Part shown: positions 1-37,399 of the stretch, piece after piece
Layout: each line of letters opens with the position of its first letter
Numbering within the stretch: position 1 is the stretch's first letter
NCBI RefSeq assembly: GCF_009914755.1
Contig: NC_060937.1
Source: the human T2T-CHM13v2.0 reference genome, Homo sapiens
Direction: 5' to 3' (one strand)
Length of the DNA: 64,000 bases
The notes under the pieces: model-generated
Databases searched by the model: none
Seen by the model: only the letters and a program-made list of their open reading frames with translations
What the model was told of the DNA's origin: nothing
Translations under genes and position numbers: made by a program

Positions 1-52
1 TATCAGAGGTGAAGAGTTAGTCTTAAAGCATCCAGAAACATCTAAACTTTAT

Positions 53-235
53 GTAAGCCAGATGTGGCAGCATGCACCTGTAGTCGCAGCTACTCGGCTG
101 AGGTGGGCGGATAACTTGAGCTCAGGAGTTCGAGGCTGCAGTGAGCTAGGATCACACCACTGCACTCCAGCTGCATGACAGAGTGAGAACCCAACTCTCA
201 GAAACAAGATAAAAATTAAAATTAAAAAATAAAAT
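53..235 (+). mobile_element. Old Alu single (right) monomer, AluJ/FRAM-like
   Basis: cctgtagtcgcagctactc...ggagttcgaggctgcagtgagc...cactgcactccagc followed by an A-rich tail. Confidence 0.85.
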
Positions 236-1403
236 TCACATGAAACAAATACAATGCAATCATCTTTATATATATATATATATGAATATATTGGCTCAAT
301 CATTGATGACTGGATTGAATTTTGAAAAGGAAAGCTGCTTGGGAAAAAGCAAAAAGTGTGTCTCATAAAATTATGTAGTCTCACGTAGACTAAAATAAAA
401 AATTCCTATTCTTTCAAGTTGGTAAGCTTTTGGGTAGATTATACTTAGAAGAGCACAGAATTAATCTGTAAACCACCACATTGCATACCTCCAAGTAAAG
501 CAAGAGGAGCCATTTTACTTTGGATGGGCTTTGATTTACTTAGGAGAAGATTACGGAACTTCAATGCTTTTGTGGCAATTTCAATGTGGCTTCCTTAGCC
601 GGCCAAGTGTTTCTAAGACATTCTATTGATACCCATCACATCTTCCACTGCCACTCCATTGCAATTCCATCACTATCAGCCTTTTTCTAACTACCTGTGT
701 TTCCTCTCATCCTCTCCAGATAGGATAAGAATCATCCCTGTCTTTCAACTTGCCTAAAACCTAAGCTAGTGAAGGAAATTAATGACAAGAGAAGTGAGAA
801 AGTAGCCAGTAGAATAAATACCAATGGCTATCTTCTATACCCAGTCCCCATTGCTACCAAAAAGTAGTTTCTTCCTTATGTCTGAGCCTGGGTATCTCTC
901 TTTTTACAGCTACTGTTGTAGCTCCTCCAACGTAGAATTGATTTATACAGTCTGAAGAGTGATTGAAAGCACAATTTCTGCTCCAAATACTGGGTATTGC
1001 TTCAGTCATTGATCTACCCAGCATAATGAATGGTATCGGTTATAGATCTAAGTGAAATTTGGGAAAGGCATGGGATTTTGAGACCCTCTATAAAAGAGGC
1101 TTTTGCACCACTTCCAGAATAAAATGTTTTACAGTGATTGGCAGAGTTTTCAAGAGGAAATATAATGATATGCAAGAAAGAGAGAGATTGTTCTATTTAG
1201 ATCCTTAGGACTATCAGGAATTGACTACATAATTGTGGAACCTATTGGAAAATAAAATTACATGGAATCTTATTTAATGTCATTAAGAGTTTCAAAAATG
1301 ACACACTAGAGGATTAAACTAAGTCTGGGATTCATCTATGTCCCTGGCAGTGAGACTGGGCCAATTGCTTGCCCATGAAGTCAGTCTGGCAAGAATATTT
1401 AAG

Positions 1404-2500
1404 TTTTTAATTTTAAATTGTTATGGATACATGACAGTTGTACATATTTATGAGGTACATATGATACTTTAATACAAGCATATAATATGTAATGATCAAA
1501 TCAGGGTAATTGAGATATTCATTACATTAAGCATTTATCATTTATTTGTGTTAGAAACATTCCAATTCCACTCTTTTAGTTATTTTGAGAGGACAATAAA
1601 TTATTGTTAACTATAGTCATCCCATTGTGCTATTTAACACAGCATCTTATTCCTTCTATCTAACTGTATTTTTGTATTGAATAACTGTCCCTTCTCCCTC
1701 CACCCCCCCCACCACACTCGCTAATACTCTTTCCAGATGCTGGTAACCATCATTATACACTCTATCTCCATGAGTTCATTTTTTTTTAGTTCCCAGATAT
1801 GAGTGAGAACAAACAATATTTGTCTTTCTGTGTCTGGCTTATTTCACCTAACATAAGGCCATCCAGTTCCACCCATGTTGTTGCAATTAACATGATTTCA
1901 TTCGTTTTTATAACCAAATAATGCTTTATTGCATATATGTACCATATTTTTTATCCATTTGTCCAGTGATCAACACTTAGGGTGATTCCATATTTTAGCT
2001 ATTGTTAATTGTGCTGCAATAAACACAGGAGAGCAGATGTTTCTACAATAAACTGCTTTCCTTCCTTTTGGATATATACCCAGTAGAGGGATTGCTGGAT
2101 TATATGGTAGTTCTATTTTTAGTTTTCTGAGGAACCTCCATACTGTTCTTCAAAGTGGTTGTACTAATTTACATTCCCACAAACAGCATATGAGGGCTCC
2201 CCTTTCTCTGCATCCTCACCAGCATCCCCTATTTCCTGTCTCTTTAATAAATGTCACTTTAACTGGGGTGAGATTATATCTCATTATAGCTTTGATTTAT
2301 ATTTCTCTGATGATTAATGATGGTGAGCATTTTTACATATACCTTTTGGCCACTTGTATGTCTTCTTTTGAAAATGTCTATTGATATCTTTGCCCATTTT
2401 AAGTTAGATTAATTTGATTATTAATATTACTTCTGGCAGCAGAAGTTTGTTTTACTTGTCTTTTATTTTTTCCTATCGAGTTCTTTGAGCTTGTCAGGAA
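1404..2500 (-). mobile_element. L1MA-type LINE-1 3' end
   Basis: Antisense L1 3' UTR and ORF2-end motifs (gagtgagaac, ggcttatttcac, gattgctggat, aatttacattcccac). Confidence 0.9.
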
Positions 2501-5500
2501 TATTTTATAAAGTTAGCTGTTTTTTTTTTTAAAGAAATCTTAGCAATTTTTGACTTTTCAAAAATATCATGTCATTTTCTCTTTTTTTCTTTTTGCTGCC
2601 AGAAGTAATATCCCTTAAAAATATGACACTATTCTGTGATTGTTTCCAGATAGTCTTAAAGGAGAGAAATCACAACATGGCTGGCTACCTCCTATTGCAG
2701 GGAAAGCATAGAGGGAATCTTCTCAGCAAAAGATAGTAGCAAGAAAAAAGGAAGAAATCGCCAACAGAAGGCTCCTAGAAAGAACATCAAGAGTATAATC
2801 TAGATTCCACAGCTCATAGCTGACTCTAAGGTGATTTGAAGCTAGATTAGATTCTGCTCCAAATGCGGTGTAAAATGAATCCATGATCCAATGTAAAGGA
2901 GGTTATTGGAGGAAAAATACTTAAGTGAGTTGGAACTTTAAAGGCACATCCAACATCATGGCTCAGTTCTGGGGTAATTAGCATACATTATGGGACTTTG
3001 AGAACTTCCCCCCACTATCTTTAGTAAAAATCTTAACATGACATTTTGCAACCATTCCATTTTGAGAGTTGGCAAGAGTTTGTACTTAACAAGAAAAATC
3101 TTACAAATGTGAGTCCTATAAGGCATTTGCTATATCAAGAATAGATTTTAAAATAAATAAAACTGAAACAACAAAAACAAATCCTCAAAGCAGAGGAAAA
3201 CTTCTTTTCTTTGAGCAGTATAATTTGTCTTCATGTGCAAGGTAGGAGAAATATGTGTTTAGCAGGTTTTCAGTTTAGAATCTCTTCTGTAATAAACAGT
3301 AAAGAAAAGAACCAGCTGTCTAACATCACCTAATCTGAATGAAGGTAAAACTTAATTTGAATTATTTAAGCAACAATTAGCTAAATAAGAATAGTCTAGT
3401 TGTGTCTCATCCAGCACCCCTTTTCGTCTCAGCCTGCAATGTAATCTTGGACCTCTTTATGTAGAATCTATACTTTCTTGAGTTTTATTCAGAGTATAAG
3501 CAGACATAAATTTTCTTTTTTAGTTCTGTTCAGAAATAAGCTTTTCTTTAAGTCTCACAGTCTATATGTATTTTACTATCACAATTGCAAACTATAAGGC
3601 AAGGTGGTCTCCTTAAGATGGAATTAGCCTTTCAAACATGTTGGTGATGTAAAAACTCGGAAGAGTTCCCCTGATACTGTTCTTCAAAAATTGTACTTAA
3701 AAATTCAAAAAACATTCAGAGAATTAGTTTAAAGAGGGCCTAGTGTTTGATTTCCTTTCTGTTTTTTTTTTTTCAATTTTAATAGGCTAGGTATCATTGT
3801 GAAAAATATTGTCAGATTATTAAATAATATTAGTTGCAAGGTTACATGTCAGAATAATGATGCTGTATGTAACTATTTACTAGCTAACTAAACTTGAAAA
3901 TATTAAAGCCTAGATAAAGCTCTGTCTAATGGAGGCTTGTCACATGCTGCAAGCATTTTCTATCTAGTTTCATTAACTCTGGTATTATAGATCATACTAT
4001 GACATTGCTAGCTCAACTGTTATGGTATGATGTTTTAAACTCTCGAAGTGTTTTCAGATACTCTTCTATGATTATCTCAATAAATATTCAGGTGAGGTAA
4101 GTAAGGCTGACTTGGTGACCTCATGTTCTTCATGTAGACATAAACTTAGAGTAATTTAGAAAAGCTATAAGAGTGTCACATCTATTTTTGCTTTTATTTT
4201 TGCTAATTATCTAGATTCCATAAATGTTCCCTGTGTAATTTGCATGTATATTCTTTTGAAAACAGCAAAAATTTATTTGAAACACAGGTAGTACCATTTT
4301 AAATCTATACTTTTACATTATACTAATGCATGATAGTAAGTCATTGAAATTTACTACAATTTATGAGACACTCTTAAATCTTTCAATTTAAAAAAATAAG
4401 TAAATATTGATAATATTTGAAAAGTTGAGGATTAAAGACTTATTTGAAGTATGTTTCAAAAGTTCCATGAAATGGCAGGACATTTAGTAATTATTAATAA
4501 AGTATATTCAATTAAATAGCTTCCAGAGATGCCCTTTTAAATTGTCATCAAGAGGTGGAGCTGTTTAATGTTTAGTGTAGTGAAAATTGGATATAAGAAA
4601 TGGAATTAAAGGATTTCACAGAGCATTTTTTACTATCATAGGATATCTTAATGTTCCTATATACCTGCTGTATTATATTATAGTTTTAATTGCTGATCAT
4701 CTCTTCTTACATTTTTTTCAAGGCACCATGTAGCTTCAATGTGAATAAACAACCACTAGATGGCAAATTTTCCATTTTTTAGGACACCTATAGATGGTAT
4801 ATCTAATTTTGAGATGGATTACATGCTTTATACTTAGTCAATATTTAATAAATTTACTTTTTTTGTAACTTTTAGCTTCTTACTCAAAAAATAATAGCAA
4901 TAAAGTTCAGTGTAACATGTCAAGAACACAGAAAACGGTCTTATAATTTTCTGGTAATAAATATTAAAAATATGGAATTTTACTTACACTATTCTCTCTG
5001 ATATAAACACATATGAGAAGTTTTTTAAGTTTTACAATTTAATAATACAAATTTTTGTAAATTGCACTATACAGTGAACACTACTATTATTCAAGATGTT
5101 CTATATAAGTAAAAATTCACTCATTCTCTTCCCTCCATCACAGAATTTACATTGTAAAATTCTGCCCCATTAATGTAAAGCCTATGAGCAGTATTCATAC
5201 TTCCCATTGTTCATCTAGTATTGGCAATGAAGATAAAAGAAAAAAGTTTCCTATGGTTACACAGTGAAGCCTTCTGTGCAGAGATGCTTACTAGAAAAGT
5301 ATTTTGACTTCCCTTTTTCTCATCTCCTATCAAGAAGAAGGCAACAAGACTCAATGTACATATTTCAGCATCAAATTCTGTAAAGTAAGTATAATGGATG
5401 ACTCCTTGGGCCATATAACAAACTCAAGAAGCATTTGGCCCCAACATATGATTCAAGGCAAGTGAGATTTACATTTTTATGCAAAGTAAGGATAATAAAT

Positions 5501-5709
5501 ACAATAGATAAGTTTATGTGATTTATAATAAACATTAAAAAGAAATACACCATACAGTAAGCTTTTTGTCCCATAATAACATTTTTTCATTTAATCGTAG
5601 TTTAATGAAAGTTGTTAATTAAACTAAGATTAAACATTAGTTTAAACATTAAACTAATGAACAGCTTTCGTTAAACTAAGGTTTAATTAAAAAGTTGTTA
5701 AATTTTTTA

Positions 5710-6345
5710 TATGGCAGAATAGTATTTCATTATATGACTATTAACAAATTTATTTATTCATTCTTAATCTATTTATGTATTCTTATACTTATATAGCACT
5801 ATCTTGATTAATGTAGCTTCATAACAAGTCTGGAAATCAGGAATGTTAGTTCCCAAATTTTTTAATTTTTCAAAAAATTATTTTGTTTATTCTAGGTCCT
5901 TTGAATTTTTATGTAAATTTTTAGAATAAACTCATCAATTTGTAACAAAAAAGCATGCAAAGATTTTCTTCAGTGATATGTTCATTTTATAGATCAACTG
6001 GAGAAGAATTAACCACATTAGTAGTGAGTCTTCTGATCTATGAATATTATATATTCATATTTCTTCATTATGTGGCTCTTTCTTCTCAGCATGGTCTTTC
6101 AGTGTATGAGTCTTTCACATCTTTTCTCATTTTTATTATTTCATAATTTATTAATATTATAACATGTATCATCTTTACAATTAAATGCCCAATTATTCAT
6201 TGTTAATATATAGAAATACAATTGAATTTTGTATGTTTATTCTGTATCCTGCCACGTTGCTAAGCTTGCTACATTTTTTTGTCGATTTCATCAATTTTTT
6301 TATAGACAATTGTATCTGCAAAAAGTTTTATTTCTTCATTTTTAC
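5710..6345 (-). mobile_element. Degraded ancient L1M fragments
   Basis: Resembles antisense L1 ORF2 (attctaggtcctttg, atatagaaatacaattgaattttgtatg). Confidence 0.65.
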
Positions 6346-6376
6346 AGATATGACAAACTTGTATTCAAATAAAAAG

Positions 6377-6492
6377 TTTTGTATTTTTAGTAGAGACGGG
6401 GTTTCACTAAGTTGGCCAGGCTGGTCTTGAACTCTTGACCTCACGATCCACCAACCTTGGCCTCCCAAAGTGCTGGAATTACAGGCATCAAG
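6377..6492 (-). mobile_element. Alu fragment (left arm)
   Basis: ttttgtatttttagtagagacgggg...cctcccaaagtgctggaattacaggc. Confidence 0.9.
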
Positions 6493-7307
6493 CCTTTTTA
6501 GTGCAACAGGATTTTTGCTTATATTTATATTTCAAGATCTTCAAAACCATCTTTAATTTTGCTCAGATTATCTGTATCTTCATCAGATCTTTTCTTTAAA
6601 GTTTTAAATAACTATCTTAAATGAAGAAAAGTAAACTAATCCTTATCTGACCTAAATCAATATGAAAACTTCAGACCATTTGTTTTTTACAAGTACCACA
6701 AACATACCTAAAATTATTTTAGATGGTACAATAAAATCAATAATGTGATGTATTGGTCATGACATTGAGACTCTGATTAAAATGCTGCCCGTTTTTATGC
6801 TCAGAAACTTGATTTAATTCCAACATATGCTACAGATAACAGTTTTCTGTATATTCTATAAGTGTTCTTGGTCAAAAATAACCAAAATTTGACTTAACAT
6901 GTAGACATGAGAAGCATAATACCTGAGGATACATAAATTATCTTTGGAGACTTGTAAAAAGAAACCAACAAACACAAATATCTGATTAATATTATATTCT
7001 ATGTTAGCCAGATACCAATTTTGATTACATATGTAGGCTTTCTTTATTTTTCTAAACAATTTGAAATAGTACCATAGAAAGGCTAATCATACAGTTTACA
7101 AAATATTCATTAAATATTTATAGAAGAAAAATACAATATTGTCCAACTAGCATGTTTCATTGTTGTAATTTAAAAATTCCTATTGCATCTTGTATTTATA
7201 TATAAGTACATCGTAGTATAAACTATAGTTTATACTACCTTTCTTACAAGTAGTTCTGGAGTTTTGTGTACCTGAAAATCCAATTCAATAGCCGTATATA
7301 TATATAA

Positions 7308-7723
<416 letters not shown>

Positions 7724-8489
7724 TAGACAAAGTAAGCTTTCCCCAAATAAGGTATTATTTTTGCTAGTTTTGGTTTAAATAATAGTAAACTATGTAACAC
7801 AGAAACCTAGGATAAAGTAGCAAAAAAAAAAAAACAAAGTAAAATTGAGTAAGTTTGTTCCATTATATTATTTTTTACTCTAAAATTTGGGGTGGTAAAG
7901 AAGATGAATATTATTTCACTTTAGTTTCATAGAAGTATAGTTTGAGAACCACGTTCCTGAGAAAGTAGTCCTTTATCATTTTCAAAGTTGGTTATCCCCT
8001 TGACTGAGGCAGAGATGATTATTGTTTTAAACAAGTGCCTGGTACATGTCCCACTAATCTCCATGAGATTTTTAATGGTGTGTGCTCTCTTTCAGTGACA
8101 ATACTTTATCAATAGTTCCAATATTCATAAGCAGATTTTCTATCCTAAAGCCCTAATTTGGTCTCCAAAATAATTATTTCTTTCCATTTCTAGGTTATAT
8201 TTGCATATTGTTTATTAATTATAAAATAAAATACACTGAATGAACTATAATTTAGAAAATAATAAGGTGTTTTCTAACTTGGGCTAAGAAGTCATCTTTG
8301 ACTAAGGCTTATCTAGAATTTTTCCATCACTGTCAATTTAAGAAGTCTATTTAAACATTCAAACACAATCTCCACCAAGGGAAAAAGAAAATTATTTCTC
8401 CATAACCTCAGATGCTGCCTCTTTTCTTTTGTTCTGTTTGTTTGTCTAAGCATAGAGAAATAAGATTGGGCAAAATGGCCAATATGGTA

Positions 8490-8710
8490 TCTGGAGTCAG
8501 ATACAACGGGTTAAAGTCCAGCCTTATTAATAACAAGTCTGTGATTCTAGGAAAATTAATTACCCTCTTTATATTTCAGTCTTCTTATCTATGTAATCAT
8601 TATACCAGAGGGATACATAAATGTAGCAGGATTATAAGATGTTATTAATTTTAACTTACGCATATAAATATTCAACATGCTAACTGGCAAAAAGCAAGTT
8701 TTTAATCAAT
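8490..8710 (+). mobile_element. MIR fragment
   Basis: ctggagtcaga...tgtgattctaggaaaattaattaccctct resembles the MIR core. Confidence 0.55.
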
Positions 8711-8737
8711 GCCACTAAATATGATTATATCAAATAT

Positions 8738-9850
8738 TTATTCATTTGACAGTATTTATTGAGTAACTACCTGCTCCATGGTAAGGGTAGAATGATGAGT
8801 AAAACAGACATACTCCTCTCCACTTGGAAATTCACTTACAGACAAACAAAATCAACACAGATATTCATATATGGTTACAAGCTTCAATAAGAATTTTTTT
8901 AAAAAGTAGAGAACAGTTATTCTAAGAAGACAAAACACAGGATATGAATTTGTTTCGGTGATGAAGAACTCCTTTCCTGGGAAAGGTACAGCACGTTTAT
9001 GCATGACATCTCTGTGATGAATAGGGATGAACTCAGGAAGGGAGCAGTTAAGGAAAGGATAGTCTCTATGCAAAGAAGGAAAACAACTTTGTGAGTTCCA
9101 GAGGCAGTGAAAAATTATAGGGAAGGATATTAAGTCTGGAAAACAGAGGGTAAGGGGAAGGTTGGTAAGTGAATGGCCTACATAGCAGACAAAGGACAGA
9201 GCATTCAGAACCAGGTAATCCATGGTACAGATTGTCATCAGTTGGCGTCCATAGTATAAACTGTAATCAGCGAGTGTTGGAAGTCCTTTGGTGGGGAAAA
9301 AGGAGAATGAGGGAGTGAGGGATGTGGAAAAATATTTCACCATTCTTAATTTTTATTGACTTCAGTGTAGAGAATGGACTTGAGGAGGCAAAGATAATGA
9401 GGGGAGGTGATAAGAGATGGAGGTTGCAAAACTAGAGTTGAAAGAAGATCGTAGCTTAGATTAGGCGCAGACAATGGCTGTGAAGAGATGTGGGACATGC
9501 ATAGGAAAGATTTTCTAAGCAAAAGCAGCAATTCTTGAAAGAATAGTGAAATTGAGGGGAAAGAAGATATTGACCAATGTGACCCTGGAATTCTGGCTTG
9601 CACAAACTAATTCGTAGAAAGCTATTCTCTGAAATACAGTAGAAGGAAATTGAGCAAGACAGAATAGGAATTATAAGCTCAATTTTGTACATGTTATATT
9701 TGACTGGACTCTATGACATCTATCAAAGAGGTCAAGAAGAGAGGTGGCTATGTAAGACTACAGTTCAGGAGAGGGGAGGGCTAGATTTAGAGATGCAAAT
9801 CTGTAAAGACAGTTTATGGATGGTAGCTAAAACCATGGGATAAAATGACT
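8738..9850 (-). mobile_element. L2 LINE fragment
   Basis: Starts with the reversed L2 3' end (ttcatttgacagtatttattgag); purine-rich body. Confidence 0.7.
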
Positions 9851-12800
9851 GCACTCTGTAAGAATTCAGAATCTAAAAAAGCAAGCAGTTAAAACATGAC
9901 ATGTCTTCTCCCACTCACATCACTATAAAATGCAAGAATATAAATATTGCTCTTTGGTGTTTTAGTTTACTACATATGGAATCTTGGGCAGAAATATCCA
10001 CAACAAAAATATATGGTTATCTGAATATCCAGGAAATCATATACTTTCTAATGTATATTTAGACAGGGAAGTAGAGAAATTAATGATTAATAGGCCAGTG
10101 AACTATTATAGGAAAAGTATTGTTTATGTGGTCAAGGTAGTAGAGCACTGAGATTTATTTAGGGTGGGATGCAGGTAGTGAGCATTTAATTTAGTAAGGT
10201 AAGAAAAAGGTTGGGTTTTGGCCCTAAATTGGTTTACCACAATATTTCCCACTACCTTTATGTTTCAAGTCTATGATAATTTGACCTTTCCAGAATTCTG
10301 AGATTGTGAGCAACTTTCCCCAAATGTCCTCCATCTGCTGTTCTAACCGGTTTACTCAACTGAGCTAGTCATACTTGTCTAAAGCAATGTTCTAACTAGT
10401 ATAAAACTAAATGAATAAAGAGAAGATCAATAAAATGAATAAAGATAATGTCAGAGAAAGGGCCAACTCATGTTTTATATGTAAGGATTAATTTAGCAGA
10501 AAAGTCAGAATTTGTAAAATACAATGCTCATTATTAAATATGACATCATTGTTTGGTGATATGATAATGACCTAAGTGATAAAAATTGTCATACAGCATT
10601 CATATAGTTTATGTAGTCACTGATCATCATAAACACCATGTAGCTTTTCTGGATGTGCTGTCACAGAAAAAAATTAAATCCACATTACTCATGATTTTGC
10701 ATACATTTCTAAAGCATAATAAAATTTCCATTCAGTATTTTACTTTGGAAATGCTGTCTTTTCTGGGCAGTGACTCCTACTTTTACTGCATATTAAAATA
10801 TTATATACTGATAATGATTAATTGCTAGTTTTACTAGTGTGGTTTTCAATCAATCATGAGCAGAGAACCAATTCTCTATGAAAATTTAAGAACATATAAA
10901 TCCATCAAATACATACAGTGCTAGCTGATTTGTCTAGTAAGAAACTAGACTAAAAATAAAATTGGACCTGATTTTCAATAGTTTACACATGCCTAATCTC
11001 ATAAGATAATTTGATTCCAACAATAAAGATGATTTTGGTTGGTAGATGGGTTAATTTAGGAATTCTTATCACTCACAACTCTTTGTGAATAAAAATAATA
11101 AACTATTTTCAAAAGTAAGAAACTTGTTAAGTCTGGTGTTTTTTCCCTAACTAAACTGTTTGTTCTGTTATTAGTTTTAATTTATTATAATTTCTTAAGT
11201 CACTACTCCATTAATGTTTTCAAAACTCCAAATTACATAAAAGTCTTTATAAACTACTAATGCTGAATATGCCTTATTTTAAAATGTATTTGGTATAAAG
11301 TAAACTTTAAGAAAATATGAAACATTAATATTTCTAGGAGCTTATTCAAAGAATTTAAAAATTGACAAACACACATAATGTTTAAATTTCTTCCTGAGCT
11401 GTTAGAGTCTCAAAACTATCAGTTTTAATAAAATAGTAACAGATAAATACTTAACCTAGTTTCCTTTTGAATATATAAGGTGAATTGCTTAATGTTTCTG
11501 GATAATTCCTCCCAAAAAGTGTTTATATTTACTCAACAAAAGGGTATAAAAATTTCAGTACATTTGATTTTTTAAATTATAAAATTATAGGTAACTAGCA
11601 TATTAAATAACTTTTAATAACATTTTATAACTTCATAGTATTCATAGTACCTAACGTTATAATTCTTTTTCCTAAAATATTTCACTTAATGGAATGATAG
11701 ATAAACTTATATTTAGGTCTCCTATATATGGAAAAACCATTGACACAATTGATAATTCCAGATTATACTTCTCCCTCATTAAAATTATCTTACATTATAG
11801 TACATGTCTTAATATAACATTAGAATATGTTCAATCTCTGAAAATTAAAATTAAAAAATATATATAATGTATATAATTGAAAATTTTTAAGGATATTTTT
11901 AAATCTATAACCACATATGTCAGCATAATTAGGGAGCACATATATACATACACACACATATATACACATATAGGTTATACATATATAATTTTATCTATTC
12001 TTTTTGGTACTTAATCAAATTTATAAGAAACTGATTCAATCAACCAAAAGACTAAAAAAGATGCTTCTGTTACTAATTTGTTACTGTGTAGTAATTAAAA
12101 TTTCTTAATATATACATTATCATTTTCCTATATTTCTCCTGTAGTTCTTCTTTAATAATGTATTCTGATATCACATGAATCTAAATGCAAATCATTTCAT
12201 ATCCTGACTATATTCCAAAACCAGTAATGATGTGGTTTAGAATAGTAATGAGTCAATTCTCTCAAAATGTAAAACTTGGGAGTTTTATGTCTATGAAGGA
12301 TTTTCTGTAAGTCTTTAAAGTAGCAGAACTCTACACAAAGAAGCATAATATTTGAAATAAACTAGAAATAAATATTGAGCTGTTTACCAAGGAGACAAAA
12401 TTTCAATACTGAGCCAACAAATCACAACAGCTAAATGCAAAGGGACTCCACGACAGTTTAACTCAAAGACTTACTCTGAACAAGGCAAGAGTGAACACAA
12501 AGTAAAAGGACCAGAAGAGAAGTTGGGACAGAGAATAAGACGACTGCATTTCAGGAGCAAAAAGAGAGGTAAAATAATGTTGCTGTCCAGTGGCCTCATT
12601 TTGTCCACCTCATTACTCCTGGAATAGATTCAAACCACAGGGACCTTAGATAATATGCTAAGTCAGTTACTAGGCCAATATATGAGATGCATTCTGATGA
12701 TGTGTAAAGCAAAATTTCATCTTCAGATAATGGAACGACTGATATAATTTAATGACGGTAGATGACAGAAGAACACCATAATCTCAGGAATATGAGAACT

Positions 12801-13235
12801 ATTCCACTTGAAGGCTTACAAAAATGCATGTAAGTTCAATTGGTGGCTACAACTTTGAAAACTTCCAAAAAGAAAAGTGAGGTGTCTGAACCAATAGAAA
12901 TTAATGAGCAAACTTGTAATGAAATTAGAACTTGAGTAATCAAAACCAGGGTGGCATCTCTTAACCCACATTTTCAACCTGAAACATTTTAGACTTAGTA
13001 GCCACATGAGCACACGCGGTGAAATGAGTGGAAATTGAGAGATGCTTGGAAGCCCCGTGGGGACTTACTGTACCTGTGTCCACATCCTTCACCTGTTGCC
13101 TGGCTAGAGTTGTCTGGCTCCACTTTGAGCTCTTGCAGAACCAGCCCTTTTTCGTGTGGTCCAGGAAAGTCCATGCCTGGCACCACCTCCTCCTCTAGTG
13201 ACTCCACGTAGAAGAGAGTCCTGGCTGGCTGCTGA

Positions 13236-35720
<22,485 letters not shown>

Positions 35721-36546
35721 GAAGAGAATGGCTCAGAGTCAAGCGGGAACAAGGTAAAAACATCAAAAGGTTGTACTGGTGATAATGGCCAGGTGTGTGC
35801 CATTAGTGCCTCCTTGATATTAAAAAAATATATGGTGGATCAACTACATGTTAGTCAATTCCAGCCTAGCAATCAAGAGGATATTGAAAGGGAACTTTTC
35901 AACAAGATAGCAAATAAGTTAAGTGCATGGACCATGGACTTTCTCTCCAATCTACTTGATATCTAAGCTTCACTAAGTATCCAGATGCCATCTTGTGATG
36001 AAAGAAAATGCCATTCTTAGTAAGAGGAAAGACATAATTACACCACATATGTTGCGATACACTAAACACATTTCTTTTTTTATTACATGTAAATTTAATT
36101 TCTCCTACCTTTTCCAGCTTTGAATCATTAAATCCTGTGTAGGTCAGATGCAGTTAAAAACAAATAGGTCTTTACTCAACCATGACTTTAAAATTAAGGA
36201 TTAATGTGTATATATGGAAAAATGTTTATCTTTAAATTCACGTTTTGTAGAAATGAGCACACGCTTACTAATAACAAAAGTTCATATTAACATACTAAGA
36301 AGGCTTGAAGAATATAAAATACATTTGGAGAGACTAAAATGTAAACTTTATTGTGATAAGCCTATTGCAGGAAGAATGCGTGATACAGATATGCATAATG
36401 TGATGTAGGGGAAGTATTTTAAAACAAAAAGAAACAACTTTTGAGATACCAATGGTGGGTGTGAGTTGTGGGAGAGATGGGTAAGTAATGCAGAGCAACA
36501 AAAATGTCTAGGAATGCACAAGTAAGCATGCTGGTTTCCATTTCAG

Positions 36547-36717
36547 ATTCAAACTTCAGAGAGAGAGGGAAGAAAAACATTTAAATATATCTGGCATAAT
36601 CCAAGACTATTTACGACAAGTGTTCTGTGTTTCTAATAATAAAACAGACTTCACCTCGGAGTACCTGCAGAACTGGGACCCCAATGACCAGGGAGAATGA
36701 AGAACAACTTGTTGAAG
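36547..36717 (+). ncRNA. ATXN8OS: ATXN8OS internal exon
   Basis: Acceptor tttccatttcag| and donor AAG|GTATAG. Confidence 0.72.
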
Positions 36718-37399
36718 GTATAGAGAAGGCAGCAAATCATACAAGAAGGTCCATCCCAAACCAGAGATAGTATAGATAAATCTCTCATGTTAACTATGGA
36801 AAAAATAAAGGAAGATGACGTATTTTAATAGAAGGGAAATTGCGCTTATTGGGAGTAAGAACACTGAATTGACTGAATATCTTAAAGAGAGTTAGGAAGT
36901 GAAATTCTCAACAGGTGATTATTCTTTGACCAATTTTGTCTTATCTCTTATCCACATTCTTCCCTGCTCTTCCCAATACATGTGTAAGAATATCCAAGGG
37001 CACACACATACCATAAGCAGGAATGGTGTCCTAAGGAAAGTCAATATAGAGAGTAAGAAGTATATCTGTCACAATGTGTACATGTATACATCCTAAATAT
37101 TTGTACAATTTACTTCTCTTCATTTCCAACACTCCTAGTCTATGCTATGAACATCTCTTACCTAAAATACTACACATGTCCCCTAAATTTTTCCATAAAT
37201 CAGTTTTTTCCTCTCCAAGCTGTAAGCAGAAATGCATTTTTAAATTGCAGATATGACCGTGACACGTATCTGTCTCAGTTTATAGAACAGGTCTCTAACA
37301 GGGCCAGCAGCTTCCAGTCACTTCTGTCCCTTACCTTTTCTCCAGTCTCATTTTACATATTTTTTTACATGCTCTCTATATTCCTGTAATTAAATATTA

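Noticed and set aside
8852-9692. 163-aa and neighbouring minus-strand ORFs
   Set aside because: Inside a degraded L2 element; no protein family signal.
12995-13073. C-terminal extension [25 protein letters not shown] of the 191-aa ORF
   Set aside because: Lies beyond the splice donor; intron read-through, not KLHL1 protein.
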